From the NCBI GenBank assembly GCA_013824865.1, contig PNON01000005.1, positions 9,243 to 73,242 on the forward strand: a stretch of DNA of 64,000 bases, given 5' to 3'. The position numbers and the translations under genes were made by a program. A model generated the notes under the pieces. That model searched no databases. It was not told the DNA's origin and saw nothing but the letters and a program-made list of their open reading frames with translations. Shown one piece after another: positions 1 through 10,330 of this stretch (the first letter of the stretch is position 1; every line of letters begins with the position of its first letter). The stretch comes from Anaerolinea sp. (lineage in GTDB: Bacteria; Chloroflexota; Anaerolineae; Anaerolineales; Anaerolineaceae).

Positions 1-1
1 G

Positions 2-682
2 TACGACCGTATCCGCAGACAACTGGATCAAGGATATCAGGCATTCATCATCTACCCACTTGTTGAGCAGGGCGAAAACGATGAGGTAAAAGCTGCGGTG
101 GAAGAGCATACCCGGCTGAGTAAGGAAGTCTTCACCAATTACCGTTTGGGTTTGCTGCATGGCCGCATGAAATCAGAGGTAAAGGACAAAGTGATGTCTG
201 ATTTCCGGGATGGTAACCTGGATATCCTGGTTTCAACTTCGGTCGTGGAGGTGGGGGTGGATATCCCCAATGCCACTGTGATCCTTATTGAAGGTGCCAA
301 TCGGTTCGGGCTTTCCCAGCTGCACCAATTCCGCGGAAGGGTTGGACGGGGAAGGGCGAAATCGTCCTGTTTCCTCATCCCGGAAAGCGAGAACTCAGCA
401 GATAACTTGCGTCTCCAAGCCATGGTGGAAACCAACGATGGTTTCATCTTGGCTGAAAAAGACCTGGATCAACGCGGTCCTGGCGACTTTTTAGGGACAA
501 GGCAATCAGGTTTCTCAGATCTGCGCATGGCATCCTTAACTGATGTTAGAATGATAGAAATGGCGCGAAGAGCCGCCCAGGCATTATATGCCGAAGATCC
601 AAATTTAACCCGACCGGAGAATCAATACCTGGCAAATACCATGGATCATTTCTGGGGTAACGGGAAAGGAGATATAAGCTGA
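2..682 (+). CDS. recG: ATP-dependent DNA helicase RecG, C-terminal part (5' end outside the window)
   Basis: The frame of ORF 98..682 stays open back to base 2. The translation carries helicase C-domain motifs (ILVSTSVVEVGVDIPNATV, QLHQFRGRVGRG) and a RecG-type tail. Its stop overlaps the coaD start (TGATG at 680-684). Confidence 0.85.
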   Translation, partial: YDRIRRQLDQGYQAFIIYPLVEQGENDEVKAAVEEHTRLSKEVFTNYRLGLLHGRMKSEVKDKVMSDFRDGNLDILVSTSVVEVGVDIPNATVILIEGANRFGLSQLHQFRGRVGRGRAKSSCFLIPESENSADNLRLQAMVETNDGFILAEKDLDQRGPGDFLGTRQSGFSDLRMASLTDVRMIEMARRAAQALYAEDPNLTRPENQYLANTMDHFWGNGKGDIS

Positions 683-1206
683 TGGTACGAGGAGTATTCC
701 CCGGTACTTTTGACCCAATCCATTACGGTCATATAGATATTGCCCGCAGGGCTGCCAGGTTGTTTGATGAACTGGTGGTGGCTGTCTACGATCGACCTCT
801 CAAAAACTTGCTCTTCTCACCAGAAGAGCGCCTCAGCTATGTGAGGATCAGCTTTGCGGATGATCCTAAGATCAAGGTAACAGGCTATAGCGGGTTGACG
901 GTGGATTATTGCAAACAGATTGATGCCCAGGTGATCGTTCGCGGATTGCGAGTCTTTTCGGACTTTGAACATGAGTTTAAAATGGCACTTGCCAATAACC
1001 GGTTAGCGCCCAATGTGGATGTAATCGCCCTCATCACCGCTGAAGAACATACCTTCCTCTCCTCCTCCACCGTCCGCGAAATCGCTGCACTGGGGGGGGA
1101 TGTGACCAGCATGGTTCCGGAGCATGTAAAGCAAGCGCTGATAACCAAATTCGCCAGCTTGAGCTCTGACCAGAACGTAGTACCTATGACTGCATTGCGT
1201 GATTAA
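682..1206 (+). CDS. coaD: phosphopantetheine adenylyltransferase
   Basis: 174 aa. The N-terminus GVFPGTFDPIHYGHIDI is the nucleotidyltransferase (T/H)xGH motif typical of CoaD, and the length is typical. Confidence 0.93.
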   Translation: MVRGVFPGTFDPIHYGHIDIARRAARLFDELVVAVYDRPLKNLLFSPEERLSYVRISFADDPKIKVTGYSGLTVDYCKQIDAQVIVRGLRVFSDFEHEFKMALANNRLAPNVDVIALITAEEHTFLSSSTVREIAALGGDVTSMVPEHVKQALITKFASLSSDQNVVPMTALRD

Positions 1207-1262
1207 TAGATCTCCCGCGAATGGTGTGATTATTGCAACAATGAAAAGGCATTGGAGGAGCC

Positions 1263-1730
1263 ATGGATATACAACATCTGATTGACCGATTGGAAGAGCT
1301 TTTTAATGAAAGCCGGGGGATTCCACTCACCCACAGCGTGGCAATTGACGAAGACCGTTTCTTGGATATTATTGATCAGATGCGTGTTTCCATCCCCGAG
1401 GAAGTGAAAAAAGCCCAGCAGGTGTTGGCCCAGAAGGATCGCATCCTTGCGCAGGCGCAGGAAGAAGCAGCCCGCACGATTGCCCTGGCGAAGGATAAAA
1501 GCGACCAACTTACTCATAAGGACGTAATCACCGAGGCAGCAAAGGTCCAGGCTGAAAAGATAATCGCTCAGGCGCAACAAGAAGCAGATGCTTCCCGGCA
1601 CGAATCCGATGAATATGTAATTGAAACCCTAACCAGGCTCGAAGTCGAGATCGACCGCTCTCTTTCACAGGTGCGGAATGGTATCAAAGCTTTACAATCT
1701 GAGCATAAACAGCGTTCACAGATGGAATAA
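1263..1730 (+). CDS. hypothetical coiled-coil protein (Ala/Gln/Glu-rich, ATP-synthase-b-like heptad region)
   Basis: 155-aa ORF preceded by GGAGG at 1252-1256. The charged helical repeat sequence is AQQVLAQKDRILAQAQEEAARTIALAKDK...AEKIIAQAQQEADA. No catalytic motif was recognised. Confidence 0.6.
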   Translation: MDIQHLIDRLEELFNESRGIPLTHSVAIDEDRFLDIIDQMRVSIPEEVKKAQQVLAQKDRILAQAQEEAARTIALAKDKSDQLTHKDVITEAAKVQAEKIIAQAQQEADASRHESDEYVIETLTRLEVEIDRSLSQVRNGIKALQSEHKQRSQME

Positions 1731-1752
1731 CTGCAACCTTGTTATAATCTGG

Positions 1753-4248
1753 CTAATTATCGGCCGCCTTAGAGCCGTGCTCATCTATTTTTTCCTTACG
1801 TTTCGCGCGTGATTTATTTTGAATCGGTTTAGGTGGGTGGAGTGCAGCCTGTATCACCTCATCCATGCTGGTCACCTGGATGATCTGCAGGTCGGTTTTT
1901 ACCCTCCGGGGTATGTCAATCAGGTCCTTTATGTTGCGCTCAGGCAATATCACCCGTTTAAGATCAGCTCGATGGGCGGCTAAAACCTTTTCCCTCACAC
2001 CACCCACAGGTAATATCCTGCCTCTTAACGTAATCTCACCAGTCATGGCAATGTCTTTATACACTTCGCGCCGGGTAAACAACGAGATCATTGCTGTTGC
2101 GAGGGTTATTCCGGCAGATGGACCATCCTTTGGTATTGCACCTTCAGGGATATGAATATGAATATCCGTGTGCTCGAATATCCGTGGATTTATCTGTAGC
2201 TGCTCCGCTTTAGATTTCATGTAAGATAGCGCAGCCTGGGCGGACTCTTGCATCACTTCCCCGATTTGGCCAGTGATCTGTAAACTGCCTTTGCCTTCAA
2301 AGGCCAGCACTTCGATTGTCATGATGTCCCCGCCTGATTCCGTCCAAGCCATGGCTGTGGCTATCCCAATCTCATCCTGCTTTTCGGCTTCGGTGCTGAA
2401 AAATTGTGGAGGTCCAAGAAATTTTTCAACCATCGATGGCAGTATTCTTTTTGGATAATTTCTGTGTTCCGACTTCAATCGTGCGATCTTACGGAACAAT
2501 CTTCCAATCTCCCTTTCCAGGTTGCGGACACCGGCCTCATACGTGTATTCACGAATGACCTTACTCAGCGTAGAATTCAGCAATACCACTTCTCCATCTT
2601 CAAGACCGCTTTCATCCTGCTGCCGTTTGAGCAAGAACCGGTGAGAAATTTCCAGTTTGTCTTCTTCGATATACCCGGGGAATTCGATCAACTCCATCCG
2701 ATCCATTAAAGCCGGTGGAATGGTACTCATGGAATTGGCAGTGGTGATAAACATTACTTTTGAAAGATCATAAGACAGTTCAAGATAATGGTCTGAAAAA
2801 GCATTATTTTGTTCCGGATCCAATACCTCCAACAGTGCTGCTGCTGGGTCACCACGAAAATCTGCGCCCAGCTTATCAATTTCATCCAGCATGAATAACG
2901 GATTGAGCGAACCAGCTCTGCGCATAGTTTGCAAAATACGTCCCGGCATGGCGCCTATGTATGTCCGCCTGTGACCTCTGATCTCAGCCTCGTCTCTCAC
3001 CCCACCCAGCGATAGTCGGACAAAATTTCGACCCAAGGCTTCTGCGATGGATTTCCCCAGCGATGTTTTTCCAGTACCTGGTGGGCCGACAAAGCACAAA
3101 ATAGGTTGACGAAGTTTCTTGGGTTTCAAGCTGCGCACGGCTATGTATTCTAAAATCCTGTCCTTGGCTTTCGCCAGACCGTAATGGTATTGTTCCAGGG
3201 TTTTTGCCGCATGCTTCACATCCAGGTTATCTTCTGTGAGTTTTTCCCACGGTAGTTCCAGTATCCAATCCAGATATGTACGGATGATGCCCACTTCTGG
3301 AGCCATGGGTGGCATCTGGACAAGCCGCTCGATTTCCTTATTGGCCGCGGTCAGCGCTTCTTTTGGAAGGTGAGCATCCTCAACTTTCTGCCTTAATTCA
3401 ACAATTTCCCTCGTCCACAGATCACCTTCCCCCAGCTCTGTCTGAATAGCCTTCAATTGTTCGCGCAGGTAATACTCACGCTGCGTACGATCCACTTCAC
3501 TCTGCACCTTGGTCTGGATCTCATCTTCCAGCATCAGTACATCCAACTCTTGTGCCAGCAGACGGTTGATCTTTTTTAATCGATCCTTGGGATTGACATT
3601 GAGTAGCAGCTCACGCCGGGCTTTTATATCAATTGAAAGGGAGGTAGCTATCATATCTGCCAACCAACCAGGCTCATTAATATTTATTGCGAAAAGATGT
3701 GCTTCCTCAGGTAAGGTGCGATCCAACTGCACACAGCGCTCAAACAGGTCTCTGGTTGTTCGCATCAAGGCATCGGTTTTCTTGTCCACCTCAATTGATT
3801 CTTCAATGACCCGTCCTCTGGCTTTAAGGAACTTGCCACCAATCTTTAAATCAGATACCGCGATCCGTCGCCTGCCCTGCACCAGTGCAGAACTATTGCC
3901 ATCCGGCATAGTTAATAAACGGCCAACTGCTAGTTCCACCCCTACGTGTAAAAAGTCTTCGGGGTCTGGATTATCGCTGTCAGACAACTGGACCAAGCCT
4001 ATCATCGTCTGATCCATGTGTTGGGCAGATTGAATCGCAGCCAATGTACTCCCCTGTAATACAAAAATGGGGGAAACCATATGGGGGAAAATTACCATGT
4101 CTCTCAGCGGTAGAACCGCCAGAACAATCTCCCCGTTTTTATCCGGGTCCGCATTCTGGATTCTGTAAAGCTCTTCCGTTCGTTGATGTATCGCTGCGGT
4201 ATAATCTATTTCTTCTTCGTTCTTATCCTGCCAGTCATCACTACGCAT
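1753..4248 (-). CDS. lon: ATP-dependent Lon protease (LonA)
   Basis: 831 aa. It has a Lon N-domain, Walker A GPPGTGKTS, Walker B FMLDEIDK, and a protease domain with PKDGPSAGIT (catalytic Ser). Confidence 0.95.
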   Translation of the reverse strand: MRSDDWQDKNEEEIDYTAAIHQRTEELYRIQNADPDKNGEIVLAVLPLRDMVIFPHMVSPIFVLQGSTLAAIQSAQHMDQTMIGLVQLSDSDNPDPEDFLHVGVELAVGRLLTMPDGNSSALVQGRRRIAVSDLKIGGKFLKARGRVIEESIEVDKKTDALMRTTRDLFERCVQLDRTLPEEAHLFAININEPGWLADMIATSLSIDIKARRELLLNVNPKDRLKKINRLLAQELDVLMLEDEIQTKVQSEVDRTQREYYLREQLKAIQTELGEGDLWTREIVELRQKVEDAHLPKEALTAANKEIERLVQMPPMAPEVGIIRTYLDWILELPWEKLTEDNLDVKHAAKTLEQYHYGLAKAKDRILEYIAVRSLKPKKLRQPILCFVGPPGTGKTSLGKSIAEALGRNFVRLSLGGVRDEAEIRGHRRTYIGAMPGRILQTMRRAGSLNPLFMLDEIDKLGADFRGDPAAALLEVLDPEQNNAFSDHYLELSYDLSKVMFITTANSMSTIPPALMDRMELIEFPGYIEEDKLEISHRFLLKRQQDESGLEDGEVVLLNSTLSKVIREYTYEAGVRNLEREIGRLFRKIARLKSEHRNYPKRILPSMVEKFLGPPQFFSTEAEKQDEIGIATAMAWTESGGDIMTIEVLAFEGKGSLQITGQIGEVMQESAQAALSYMKSKAEQLQINPRIFEHTDIHIHIPEGAIPKDGPSAGITLATAMISLFTRREVYKDIAMTGEITLRGRILPVGGVREKVLAAHRADLKRVILPERNIKDLIDIPRRVKTDLQIIQVTSMDEVIQAALHPPKPIQNKSRAKRKEKIDEHGSKAADN

Positions 4249-4257
4249 TGTATAATC

Positions 4258-5685
4258 CTATTCCATATCAGGATGTAGTTTCATCCAAATTTCTTTGATT
4301 GCTGCTGATAGAAAGATACTTCCAGCTGCCAGCACCACTTGGTTATCATTTGCCAACTCTAAGGCAGCATAAAATGCACTTTCCAGCGGAATCACTGCTT
4401 GCGCCTTCTTACCCATTCTATGCACGTACTCAACAATTTTACCTGCTTCCAACGCTCGTGGATGAATGGATTGGGTGGCAATCACCTGATCCACTCGCGG
4501 CATAAGTTCAGACAGCATGCCCGGCACATCCTTGTCTTCCGATGCGCCAAAAAGCAGCACCACACCCCTCCCGGGAAGATAATCATCGAGGGTCAATCGC
4601 AGCTTCAGGGCAGAATCCCGGTTATGTGCAGAATCCAAAACTACCATCGGTTGATGGGAAATAATCTCAAACCTGCACGGCCATTTCACCGCATTAACTC
4701 CTCTGGAAATCGCTGAATTACTGATCCGGTTATCTGTTTTTTGTAGTACCTTTATTGCAGCAAGTGCAGTGGCCGCATTATCCAGTTGATGGGCACCCAA
4801 TAGTGGAATGTCGAAGGTCTCTGGTTCCCAACCATTGGTTTCTCCTCCTTCAATATATTCGTCCATCAACCCCTGCTCTGCGCTGCTCCAGATCTGGAAT
4901 GTCTGATGCTCAAGATTATGCTCAAGGGGTCGATGCAAGATATCCCTGCCCACCAATGTGATGGAGGATTTCATTTCTTCTGCGATTCTGGTCACCACGC
5001 TCTGAGCCTCACTGGTTTGCGCAGAGATCACTACTGGAAGGCCAGGTTTAATGATCCCGGCTTTTTCTGCTGCTATCTCCGCTAATGTGTTACCCAGGAT
5101 GGCTTGATGATCGTAAGAGATGGTGGTAATCACAGATACGGCCGGATTCACCACATTGGTTGCGTCTAGCCTGCCGCCCAGACCCACTTCCACCACTGCG
5201 TAATCCACCTTTTCATCAGCAAAATATTGAAATGCCATCGCAGTAGATATTTCAAAGGTGGTGATTTCCTCCACCCTGGCAATTTGCGGTTTGAGCTTTT
5301 CTACTAACGCCACCATTTTGATATGTGGAATAGGTTCGCCATTCACCTGGATACGCTCGTTAAAATCGATGAGATGGGGTGATGTGTACAAACCTACTTT
5401 TAAACCAGCATACTGAATGGCAGAAGCGCAAAGCGCGGAAACCGATCCTTTTCCTTTTGTACCCGTGACATGCACCACCTGATAAGCTTGTTGTGGGTTG
5501 TCCATGATTTCCAGTAAATCGGTCATCCGATCCAGGTTAAATTTCTCGCTGGAATATACGAGTTGCCTGGTCTGACTGTAGTCCACGAAGCTGTATAGGT
5601 AATCCAACGTCTTCTGATAATCTTGTTCGATATTCATTACTGCCTTCCGATTCACTGATGTCTGAAGATTGTAATCGGCGGCCAT
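4258..5685 (-). CDS. folC: bifunctional folylpolyglutamate synthase / dihydrofolate synthase
   Basis: 475 aa, Mur-ligase fold with P-loop VTGTKGKGS and a FolC-type N-terminus (YSFVDYSQTR...). It sits immediately upstream of lon on the same strand (9-nt gap). Confidence 0.9.
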   Translation of the reverse strand: MAADYNLQTSVNRKAVMNIEQDYQKTLDYLYSFVDYSQTRQLVYSSEKFNLDRMTDLLEIMDNPQQAYQVVHVTGTKGKGSVSALCASAIQYAGLKVGLYTSPHLIDFNERIQVNGEPIPHIKMVALVEKLKPQIARVEEITTFEISTAMAFQYFADEKVDYAVVEVGLGGRLDATNVVNPAVSVITTISYDHQAILGNTLAEIAAEKAGIIKPGLPVVISAQTSEAQSVVTRIAEEMKSSITLVGRDILHRPLEHNLEHQTFQIWSSAEQGLMDEYIEGGETNGWEPETFDIPLLGAHQLDNAATALAAIKVLQKTDNRISNSAISRGVNAVKWPCRFEIISHQPMVVLDSAHNRDSALKLRLTLDDYLPGRGVVLLFGASEDKDVPGMLSELMPRVDQVIATQSIHPRALEAGKIVEYVHRMGKKAQAVIPLESAFYAALELANDNQVVLAAGSIFLSAAIKEIWMKLHPDME

Positions 5686-5779
5686 ATTATTTGCAAGTCA
5701 GTCAGGAATAATGAGCAGGTAATCACCATTACAGAAACCGAGCAAAGTGGGTCCGTTCAAGTTATAATCATAATCCGCT

Positions 5780-6070
5780 ATGGTAGCACACTTCGGAATG
5801 TTAACCATCCACTTTGAACTGGGCGCTGTCCAGTCATTAAAAGACAAACGCAGTCAGCTTCGTCACATGGAAAACCGGCTCTCCCGCCAGTTCAATATCT
5901 CCATCGCTGAAACCGGGTTACAGGATAGCCACACTAACGCGCTGATCACACTGGGTATTGTGAACAATAACCCTGCTTTCATTCAAGCAGAGTTTAGCCG
6001 TATCATCAGCTGGATCGAAACACACCATGCCGATCTTGTTATGATTGACGAAAAATTGGAGATTATATAA
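5780..6070 (+). CDS. DUF503 (YlxP-like) family protein
   Basis: 96 aa. The pattern LTIHFELGAVQSLKDKRSQLR...FNISIAETG matches the small DUF503 fold family. It lies 2 nt upstream of the next gene. Confidence 0.7.
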   Translation: MVAHFGMLTIHFELGAVQSLKDKRSQLRHMENRLSRQFNISIAETGLQDSHTNALITLGIVNNNPAFIQAEFSRIISWIETHHADLVMIDEKLEII

Positions 6071-6072
6071 CC

Positions 6073-6858
6073 ATGGACCTTAAATTAAAGAATAAAAAAG
6101 CGCTCATCACCGGAGCCAGCCGTGGGTTGGGTTATGCCGTTGCCCGTTGCTTATTGAGTGAAGGCGCATCTGTTACCATCAACAGCCGGGAAGCTGTCAA
6201 TCTGGAAGAAGCCAGAAATAGTCTTTCTCACCAAGGAAAGGTGGGAGCCATAGCTGGAGATGTGACAATCCCAACCTCCTGCATCGCTCTGCTTGAAGAA
6301 GCTGTGGAGCGGATGGGTGGATTGGATCTGCTGGTCACCAACTCGGGTGGACCCAAAACAGGGCGTTTCGAAACCATGAGTGATGATGATTGGTTGCAAG
6401 CCTTTCAGCTAAATTTTCTCAGTCACGTACGCCTCATCCGCGCAGCCTTGCCTTACCTGCGCCAGTCAGACGCCCCATCCATATTAACGGTCACCTCCAT
6501 CTCAGCAAAACAACCCATCCCAGACATGGTTCTTTCTAACAGCCTGCGGGCTGGTGTGCTGGGTCTCACAAAAACACTATCCCAGGAGCTTGGCTCAGAA
6601 GGTATCCGGGTGAATTCCATCCTGCCAGGATTTACCCTTACCGACCGGGCAATGAGTTTGTTGCGCGATAGGGCGCAGAAAAATAATACTTCTATGGACA
6701 TTGAAATCCACAAACAATCAGAAGCCTCCGCTCTCAAGCGGATTGCAGCACCTGAAGAATTTGCCAGGGTAGCAGTTTTTCTGCTCTCCCCTGCAGCCTC
6801 CTATTTAACAGGTTTAATGTTGCCAGTGGATGGTGGCGCATATACAGGATTGATTTAA
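6073..6858 (+). CDS. SDR-family oxidoreductase (3-oxoacyl-ACP-reductase-like)
   Basis: 261 aa. It has the Rossmann motif TGASRGLGYA, NSGG, and a catalytic S...N-S-L-R-A region typical of classical short-chain dehydrogenases. Confidence 0.85.
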   Translation: MDLKLKNKKALITGASRGLGYAVARCLLSEGASVTINSREAVNLEEARNSLSHQGKVGAIAGDVTIPTSCIALLEEAVERMGGLDLLVTNSGGPKTGRFETMSDDDWLQAFQLNFLSHVRLIRAALPYLRQSDAPSILTVTSISAKQPIPDMVLSNSLRAGVLGLTKTLSQELGSEGIRVNSILPGFTLTDRAMSLLRDRAQKNNTSMDIEIHKQSEASALKRIAAPEEFARVAVFLLSPAASYLTGLMLPVDGGAYTGLI

Positions 6859-6861
6859 TTA

Positions 6862-8781
6862 ATGCAAGCAAAGCTCAAATCTGAACTCTCCATAATAATT
6901 GATAGTATCCTGCCGCTCGTTCAAAAACCTGGACGATACACCGGTGGGGAATTAAATTCCATCGTCAAGGATTGGGGAAGTATTCCCACCCGGGTGGCTC
7001 TGGCTTTCCCAGATATTTACGATTTGGGGTTACCCAATCTTGGGTTGGCGATCCTGTATGATTTGCTGAATAAACGTCCGGATGTCCTGGCTGAACGATG
7101 CTATGCACCCTGGTTGGATATGGAAGACCAGATGATAAAGCATTCAATCCCTTTGTTTTCGCTGGAGACCAGGCATCCTCTTTCCGAATTCAACATCATT
7201 GGTTTTTCACTCCCTTATGAAATGCTCTTTACCAATGTTCTGAATATGCTTCACCTCGCCAATGTCCCCCTCTTCGCAAAAGAGAGAAATGATTTGCATC
7301 CGCTGGTTATCGCCGGCGGCCACGCAGCCTACAACCCTGAGCCCATGCATGCATTCTTTGATGCCTTTGTGATTGGCGAAGGTGAAGAAGTGCTATTGGA
7401 AATTGTGAATACCTACCAGGCCTGGAAAACATCCTCCATGAATCGACCTGAGTTGCTTCAAAACCTGGCTGCTATCGCTGGAGTGTATGTTCCTTCGCTT
7501 TACCATGTAAATTACATGCCTGATGGCCGGGTGGAAAGCATATCATCACAACATCCCAACGCCAGCCTGCCCGTAACCAAGCGCATTGTAGGGAAATTAC
7601 CTCCTCCTGTAACAAATCTTATCGTTCCATATATTGAGATAGTACATGACCGGGTGGCAATCGAAATTATGCGCGGTTGTACCCGTGGATGTAGATTTTG
7701 CCATGCCGGCATGATCAACCGCCCGGTACGTGAACGCCCGGTCGATGAAATCATGGCAGCCGTGGATGTTGCCCTGAAAACCACCGGTCATCAAGAAGTC
7801 GCACTCCTCTCCCTTTCATCCTCGGATTACTCGCACATTCAAGAGTTGGTGGACAAATTGAGTGAAAGATATGCATCGGAACACCTGGTGATTTCATTGC
7901 CGTCTTTACGTATTGAATCCTTTTCAGTGGATATCATGGATAGGCTCAAAGGTTCACGATTGGGCGGCTTTACCCTGGCGCCCGAAGCAGCCACTGACCG
8001 GATGCGTGAAATTATCAACAAGCCAGTAAGCACTGAGCAGCTGCTGGAAACTGCGCGTGCCATATATAACCGGGGTTGGACAACTATCAAGTTGTATTTT
8101 ATGATCGGGCACCCTTCTGAAACTATGGAAGATGTGCAGGCGATTATTGATCTATGCAAGCAGGTCCACCAAGTCGGACGCAGCATCGTTGGCGGACGCG
8201 CCAAGGTGCATGCCGGGGTAAGCACCTTCGTTCCCAAGGCTCACACTCCATTCCAGTGGACATCCTGCGATGATCCGGGTAATGTGTTGGAAAAACAAAA
8301 ATTGCTACGCTCCGGGCTGCGCAATCCCAACATCAAACTTTCCTGGACGGATCCAAAGGACACGCAAATGGAAGCCTGGCTTTCCCGTGGCGACCGCCGC
8401 CTCTCCAACGTTATTTTTGATGCCTGGAAGACTGGCGCCAAATTTGATGCCTGGCAGGATCAGGATCACCACTCCAAATGGCTGGCCGCATTTACCACCA
8501 ATGGGTTGGACCCGGCTTTTTATGCTCTACGGGAAAGAGCATTGGATGAAGTGCTGCCCTGGAGTCACATCAACAGCGGGGTGCACCCTCGCTACTTGCA
8601 AACAGAATACAAGTGGTCAAGAAAACGAAAGCTGCGTGAGGATTGCCGTGAAAAGTGTTTTGCCTGCGGTATTATGCCCAACTACAACTCACTCTATCAG
8701 CCTAATTGGTACTGCCCACCGCCACCAAAAAGCTCATGGCGGGTAAGGGAAAAACAACATGAGAGTACGGATCAACTTTGA
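6862..8781 (+). CDS. radical SAM protein, TIGR03960-like (B12-binding-like N-domain), function unknown
   Basis: 639 aa. The radical SAM cluster motif is present (CTRGCRFC, CX3CX2C, in IEIMRGCTRGCRFCHAG). The N-terminus resembles the uncharacterised rSAM family that is normally fused or adjacent to TIGR03936. Confidence 0.8.
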   Translation: MQAKLKSELSIIIDSILPLVQKPGRYTGGELNSIVKDWGSIPTRVALAFPDIYDLGLPNLGLAILYDLLNKRPDVLAERCYAPWLDMEDQMIKHSIPLFSLETRHPLSEFNIIGFSLPYEMLFTNVLNMLHLANVPLFAKERNDLHPLVIAGGHAAYNPEPMHAFFDAFVIGEGEEVLLEIVNTYQAWKTSSMNRPELLQNLAAIAGVYVPSLYHVNYMPDGRVESISSQHPNASLPVTKRIVGKLPPPVTNLIVPYIEIVHDRVAIEIMRGCTRGCRFCHAGMINRPVRERPVDEIMAAVDVALKTTGHQEVALLSLSSSDYSHIQELVDKLSERYASEHLVISLPSLRIESFSVDIMDRLKGSRLGGFTLAPEAATDRMREIINKPVSTEQLLETARAIYNRGWTTIKLYFMIGHPSETMEDVQAIIDLCKQVHQVGRSIVGGRAKVHAGVSTFVPKAHTPFQWTSCDDPGNVLEKQKLLRSGLRNPNIKLSWTDPKDTQMEAWLSRGDRRLSNVIFDAWKTGAKFDAWQDQDHHSKWLAAFTTNGLDPAFYALRERALDEVLPWSHINSGVHPRYLQTEYKWSRKRKLREDCREKCFACGIMPNYNSLYQPNWYCPPPPKSSWRVREKQHESTDQL

Positions 8782-9382
8782 AAAGACTGAGGCTATGCGT
8801 TTCACTGGTCATCTTGACTTGCAGCATGCCTGGATGCGAGTTTTTCGCAGGGCAGGTATAGCGCTGGAGCACAGCCAGGGATTCCATCCGTTGCCAAAAA
8901 TCCAATTGGCTTCCGCGTTACCTCTGGGTTATATCAGCACAGCTGAAATCCTGGATGCCTGGTTGATCGAATCCCAACCAATAATTGACCTGGTTAAAAT
9001 ACTTAACGACAACCTGCCACCTGGGTTAGAAATCAATTCCATTGAACAAATTCCTCTTGATGCTCCTAAAATTCAGGTGGCACTCAAGACAGCTGATTAC
9101 CTGGTTCATCTGTCATCTCAAACATCCTTGCAAAATTTACCAGTCAAGGTAGCAGCTTTTCTGGCTGAAGCTGAAATATTGATCGAACGTCGTGGAAAGA
9201 GACGTGACATCCGTAATCTTGTTGAACTACTGGAAATGAAAAATTCCTCTGATGGCCAACAGGCAATTTATATGCGCCTGTCAGCCCGGGAATCAGCTAC
9301 TGGCCGGCCAGATGAGATATTAATCTGGATGGGAATCGATCCTTTTGAGACGCTGATTGAACGCACGACCCTTAATATTTAA
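8759..9382 (+). CDS. radical-SAM-linked protein, TIGR03936/DUF2344-like
   Basis: 207 aa. The N-terminus MRVRINFEKTEAMRFTGHLDL is the characteristic start of DUF2344 proteins. It overlaps the upstream radical SAM gene by 23 nt. Confidence 0.75.
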   Translation: MRVRINFEKTEAMRFTGHLDLQHAWMRVFRRAGIALEHSQGFHPLPKIQLASALPLGYISTAEILDAWLIESQPIIDLVKILNDNLPPGLEINSIEQIPLDAPKIQVALKTADYLVHLSSQTSLQNLPVKVAAFLAEAEILIERRGKRRDIRNLVELLEMKNSSDGQQAIYMRLSARESATGRPDEILIWMGIDPFETLIERTTLNI

Positions 9383-9402
9383 CCTAACAGTACATTCTCC
9401 AG

Positions 9403-10308
9403 TCACTCCAACAATCGAGTGGGGCTTGCTTCGCGTCCACCAATGAGTTGTGACAATAAAATCGCCCCCATGATCAGTGAGCAACCAACCAACTGGATGG
9501 AGGTCATTTTTTCTGATAGTAACAGCCAGCCAAAGAGACCGGCAAAGACCGTTTCCAGACTTAATATGATGGCAGCATCAGCGGGGGGCGCATGCTGTTG
9601 CCCATAAGCCTGTAAGGTAAAACCAATTCCAGTGGCAGCTATCGCCAGGTAAACGATGTGCATCCAGGCAGGAAATAACCGGGGAATCGAATCTTGCTGA
9701 AGCCAGAGTCCAAAGGTTATGTTGAGAATAGCGCACACCAGGTACTGCCCGGTCACAAATTGAAGCACCCGCAATTTTTTGACCCCTTTACCAGTGATGA
9801 TGACATGCAACGCCCAGAGCACCGCACCAGCCAGAACCAGCGCATCTCCCAGGTTAATATCAATTTTTCCGGCGCCACCTAAAAGATAAACTCCTATAGT
9901 AGTTATTAGCGCTGCGAGCCAGATATACCAGGATAGTTTTTCTTTCCAAAATATGGAAAGCAACAATGGAATGATGACAACATATGCGTCGGTAATAAAA
10001 CCCGCATTCCCAGCAGTGGTAAATTCCAAGCCTGCCTGCTGTAACCCGCTTGCAAAAAACAGTAACGCCCCGCCGGTCAGCATCCAGGGCAGGGTGCTGC
10101 GATTAAGGTTCAGCCTAAAGCGGACGAAAGGAAGCATGATCAACGCACCAAGGGACCAACGGGCAGCATTGAAAACAAACATCCCAACCTGTTGAGCAGC
10201 CGTGCGTTGGACAATAAAACTGAACCCCCAAATAAGTGCAACGAAAAGTAATGTCAGGTCAGCTTTTAATCGCATGGGCGCAAGTTTATCATAACTTGCT
10301 GATAGCAT
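9403..10308 (-). CDS. DMT-superfamily (EamA-like) permease
   Basis: 301 aa, about 10 hydrophobic helices in two EamA-like halves. It lies 22 nt downstream of the cytochrome gene on the same strand. Confidence 0.8.
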   Translation of the reverse strand: MLSASYDKLAPMRLKADLTLLFVALIWGFSFIVQRTAAQQVGMFVFNAARWSLGALIMLPFVRFRLNLNRSTLPWMLTGGALLFFASGLQQAGLEFTTAGNAGFITDAYVVIIPLLLSIFWKEKLSWYIWLAALITTIGVYLLGGAGKIDINLGDALVLAGAVLWALHVIITGKGVKKLRVLQFVTGQYLVCAILNITFGLWLQQDSIPRLFPAWMHIVYLAIAATGIGFTLQAYGQQHAPPADAAIILSLETVFAGLFGWLLLSEKMTSIQLVGCSLIMGAILLSQLIGGREASPTRLLE

Positions 10309-10330
10309 TTCTCATAAATACAAAAGTAAA

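Noticed and set aside
8270-8746. 158-aa alternative-frame ORF inside the radical SAM gene.
   Set aside because: It is a same-strand overlapping frame within a gene whose main frame carries the conserved rSAM domains. The product is Pro/Gly/Arg-rich with no start context.
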